Source: Clostridiales bacterium (GTDB taxonomy: Bacteria; Bacillota; Peptococcia; DRI-13; UBA5745). From it: 64,000 bases of DNA. Both the position numbers and the translations under genes were made by a program. Below, in pieces: positions 62,046-64,000 of the stretch (the stretch's first letter is position 1; every line of letters begins with the position of its first letter). The notes beneath the pieces are model-generated. The model did no database searches, was not told the origin of the DNA, and saw nothing but the letters and a program-made list of their open reading frames with translations. The stretch lies in contig WRIW01000005.1 in NCBI GenBank assembly GCA_009782505.1, positions 7,044 through 71,043 on the forward strand, in the 5' to 3' direction.

Positions 62046-63293
62046 CTATTTTTTCAAACCTTCCCGCAACGCAAGATTCATGGCGTGCAGGCAGGCGAAG
62101 TTGCGGATGAGCTGCCTTTCGTCGGCGTAACCGCGGCTGAGGCGGAGTTCCATGGCTTTTTCCTTCTCAGCGGTAGATAGCGCCACATAGACGAGCCCGA
62201 CAGGCTTCTCAGCCGTGCCCCCCGTAGGCCCCGCCACGCCGGTGGTGGCGATGCCGATCTCCGCGCCGGAGCGTAGCCTGACGCCCCGCGCCATCTCCAG
62301 CGCTGTTTCTTCAGAGACGGCGCCATGCGCCTCCAAGGTCGCCTGGCTGACGCCGAGGAAGTCGATTTTGCTTTGGTTCGAGTAGCTGCAGACGCCGCAG
62401 AGAAGGGCGGCGGAGGCGCCGGGGACCTCGGTGAGCCGCGCGGCGATCATGCCGCCGGTACAGCTTTCCGCCACGGCGATAGTGCGCCCGGCTTGCGTCA
62501 GGGCGCGGATCAGGGCGGTCTGCATATCGCCCGCGTCCACGCCGTATACGCTATCCGGAAACAAAGCGACGATCTCATCCACAACCGGTGCGATGAGGGC
62601 GTCCGCTGAGGCGGCGTCCGGGGCGGAGGCGGTGACCCGCAGCTGGACTTCGCCGGTCTTGGCGTAAGGGGCTATCGTCGGATTGGTATGGGCCAGCATG
62701 GACTCATGGAGGACGTCCTCTACGGCGGACTCGCCCATACCGAATATATGTATGGTGCGGGAACGCAGTATGTGTGAGGACCTGCCGATGAGGAAGGGCT
62801 TCACCTGATTGTCAAACATGGCGGTCATCTCGCCGGGGGGGCCGGGAAGCATGATCACGGTCTTGCCTTCTTTCTCTACGGCAAGGCCGGGCGCGGTGCC
62901 CCGGTCATTCTCAAATATCGTCGCCCCGACAGGCATAAACGCTTGTTTTTCATTATTCTTCGTGAAATGCCGGCCGGAGCGGGAAAAGAAAGCCATCATG
63001 CGGTCCAGGGAAGGCTGGTGCAGCTCCATCTCCAAGCCGAAGTATGCGGCTACGGTCTCCTTCGTCAGGTCGTCGTATGTAGGGCCGAGGCCCCCGGTCA
63101 TGATGACCATGTCCGCCCGGGTCAAGGCGAGCTTAAGGCTGTCGGACAGGCGCGCGGGATTGTCGCCTACGACGCTTTGGTAGTAGCAGTCTATGCCGCA
63201 GGCCGCAAGCTCCCGGGATATATACGCGGCGTTGGTATTCACCACATCGCCAAGCAGAAGCTCGGTGCCTACACATAGGATTTCGGCGCTCAT
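62046..63293 (-). CDS. cinA: competence/damage-inducible protein CinA (MoCF-like domain + NMN amidohydrolase domain)
   Basis: Start at ATG 63293, after GGGAGGTGA. MSAEILCVGTELLLGDVVNTNAAYISREL, and the C-terminal motifs ESCTGG and GVAGPTGG. Confidence 0.92.
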   Translation of the reverse strand: MSAEILCVGTELLLGDVVNTNAAYISRELAACGIDCYYQSVVGDNPARLSDSLKLALTRADMVIMTGGLGPTYDDLTKETVAAYFGLEMELHQPSLDRMMAFFSRSGRHFTKNNEKQAFMPVGATIFENDRGTAPGLAVEKEGKTVIMLPGPPGEMTAMFDNQVKPFLIGRSSHILRSRTIHIFGMGESAVEDVLHESMLAHTNPTIAPYAKTGEVQLRVTASAPDAASADALIAPVVDEIVALFPDSVYGVDAGDMQTALIRALTQAGRTIAVAESCTGGMIAARLTEVPGASAALLCGVCSYSNQSKIDFLGVSQATLEAHGAVSEETALEMARGVRLRSGAEIGIATTGVAGPTGGTAEKPVGLVYVALSTAEKEKAMELRLSRGYADERQLIRNFACLHAMNLALREGLKK

Positions 63294-63365
63294 GGAGGTC
63301 ACCTCCCGTTTCCTTTTGAAAAAATTATACACCAGAGGGCGGGATAAAACAATGTGGCGCAAATG

Positions 63366-63374
63366 TGATATAAT
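63366..63374 (+). promoter_or_regulatory. extended -10 element upstream of the sigma-factor gene
   Basis: TGaTATAAT at 63366-63374. The -35 region is weak. Confidence 0.4.
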
Positions 63375-63410
63375 AACCACCGGACGCACTATCCGGAAGG
63401 AGGGACGGAG

Positions 63411-64000
63411 TTGCAAAACGGCGTGAACCACGAACCCGGATCAAGCCCGGCGGCAAAGGATATATCGCTGCCGGCGCGTAATCCGGTCAATGAAGATAAA
63501 GCCCTCATCGACGCCAGTGCGCAAGGGGACGCGGCTGCTTTCGGGGAGCTAGTCCGGCGCTATGAGAAAAGGGTCGTCGCGGCGGCATACCGCTTATGCG
63601 GAGACAGGCAGGAAGGGGAGGACCTGGCTCAGGACGCCTTCATCAAGGCGTGGCGGGCTATGGCGGGCTACCGGGGGCAAGCGTCTTTCCATACCTGGAT
63701 GATGACGATTCTGACGAACCTCTGGAAGGATAAGCTGAGAAAAAAGCAGCTCCCCGCGGACTCTCTGGACGAAACGGTGGAAGGTGAAGAGGGCAGGATA
63801 CAGAAGCAATACCGGGACGGGGCCCCCGGCCCGGCGGCCGAAGCGGAAGCCAATGAGATGCAGGAAGTGCTGAGCGGCTTCATCCGGGAGCTACAGCCGG
63901 AGTATAGGGAAGCGCTGGTCCTCCGGGATGTACAGGGCTTCAGCTATGAGGAAGTGGCGGTGATCACCGGCAGCAGCCTGGGTACGGTCAAATCCAGGAT
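63411..64000 (+). CDS. ECF-type sigma-70 family RNA polymerase sigma factor (3' end beyond the window)
   Basis: TTG 63411 (or GTG 63423) follows GGAGGGACGGAG. Region 2 reads FGELVRRYEKRVVAAAYRLCGDRQEGEDLAQDAFIKAW. Region 4 reads EYREALVLRDVQGFSYEEVAVITGSSLGTVKSR. Open-ended, so absent from the ORF track. Confidence 0.85.
   Translation, partial: MQNGVNHEPGSSPAAKDISLPARNPVNEDKALIDASAQGDAAAFGELVRRYEKRVVAAAYRLCGDRQEGEDLAQDAFIKAWRAMAGYRGQASFHTWMMTILTNLWKDKLRKKQLPADSLDETVEGEEGRIQKQYRDGAPGPAAEAEANEMQEVLSGFIRELQPEYREALVLRDVQGFSYEEVAVITGSSLGTVKSR

Overview
The window looks like a high-GC Firmicutes/Clostridia chromosome; this taxonomic guess rests on gene content and synteny only.

**Layout**
- 1-5419: conserved core block (rqcH fragment, yicC, gmk, rpoZ, metK, priA).
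- 5.6-8 kb: small membrane/HTH genes.
- 8.4-16.1 kb: cell-surface cluster. A SARP-like regulator with a degenerate GGDEF domain is translationally coupled to a sortase. It is followed by a secreted transglutaminase-like protein and an unusual type-IV-filament-like operon.
- 16.5-23 kb: metabolic genes (ferredoxin + aldehyde:ferredoxin oxidoreductase, URO-D family, DUF2156, Eis-like GNAT, amidohydrolase).
- 23257-30462, 30612-34316 and 44819-50347: three giant LPXTG surface proteins.
- 34.4-40.5 kb: CoA-transferase/SDR and TetR/ABC exporter.
- 40.5-43.8 kb: AT-rich accessory patch (NTPase/PD-(D/E)XK pair, MNT-HEPN).
- 43841-44701: coaW.
- 50.5-58.8 kb: BMP-type nucleoside ABC importer divergent from a DeoR / class II aldolase / PNP / MtnA-like operon.
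- 59.5-61.9 kb: decayed tRNA-Leu-associated islet carrying AbiE.
- 62-64 kb: cinA and a partial ECF sigma factor.

**Most interesting observations**
1. The filament-like operon has a PilC-like platform and four pilin-like proteins without class III signal peptides. A PilT-type ATPase is the only motor, and no PilB or PilD is present in the window.
2. Three long-stem intergenic hairpin elements bracket and split that cluster. Two of them share a conserved twin-hairpin core with covarying stems.
3. All three adhesins share a 38-aa pre-LPXTG module of identical length, preceded by acidic D-G repeats.
4. Phased direct repeats lie just upstream of two of the adhesin genes.

No CRISPR arrays or rRNA genes were seen. 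Many long antisense or alternate-frame ORFs in the track are high-GC artefacts.
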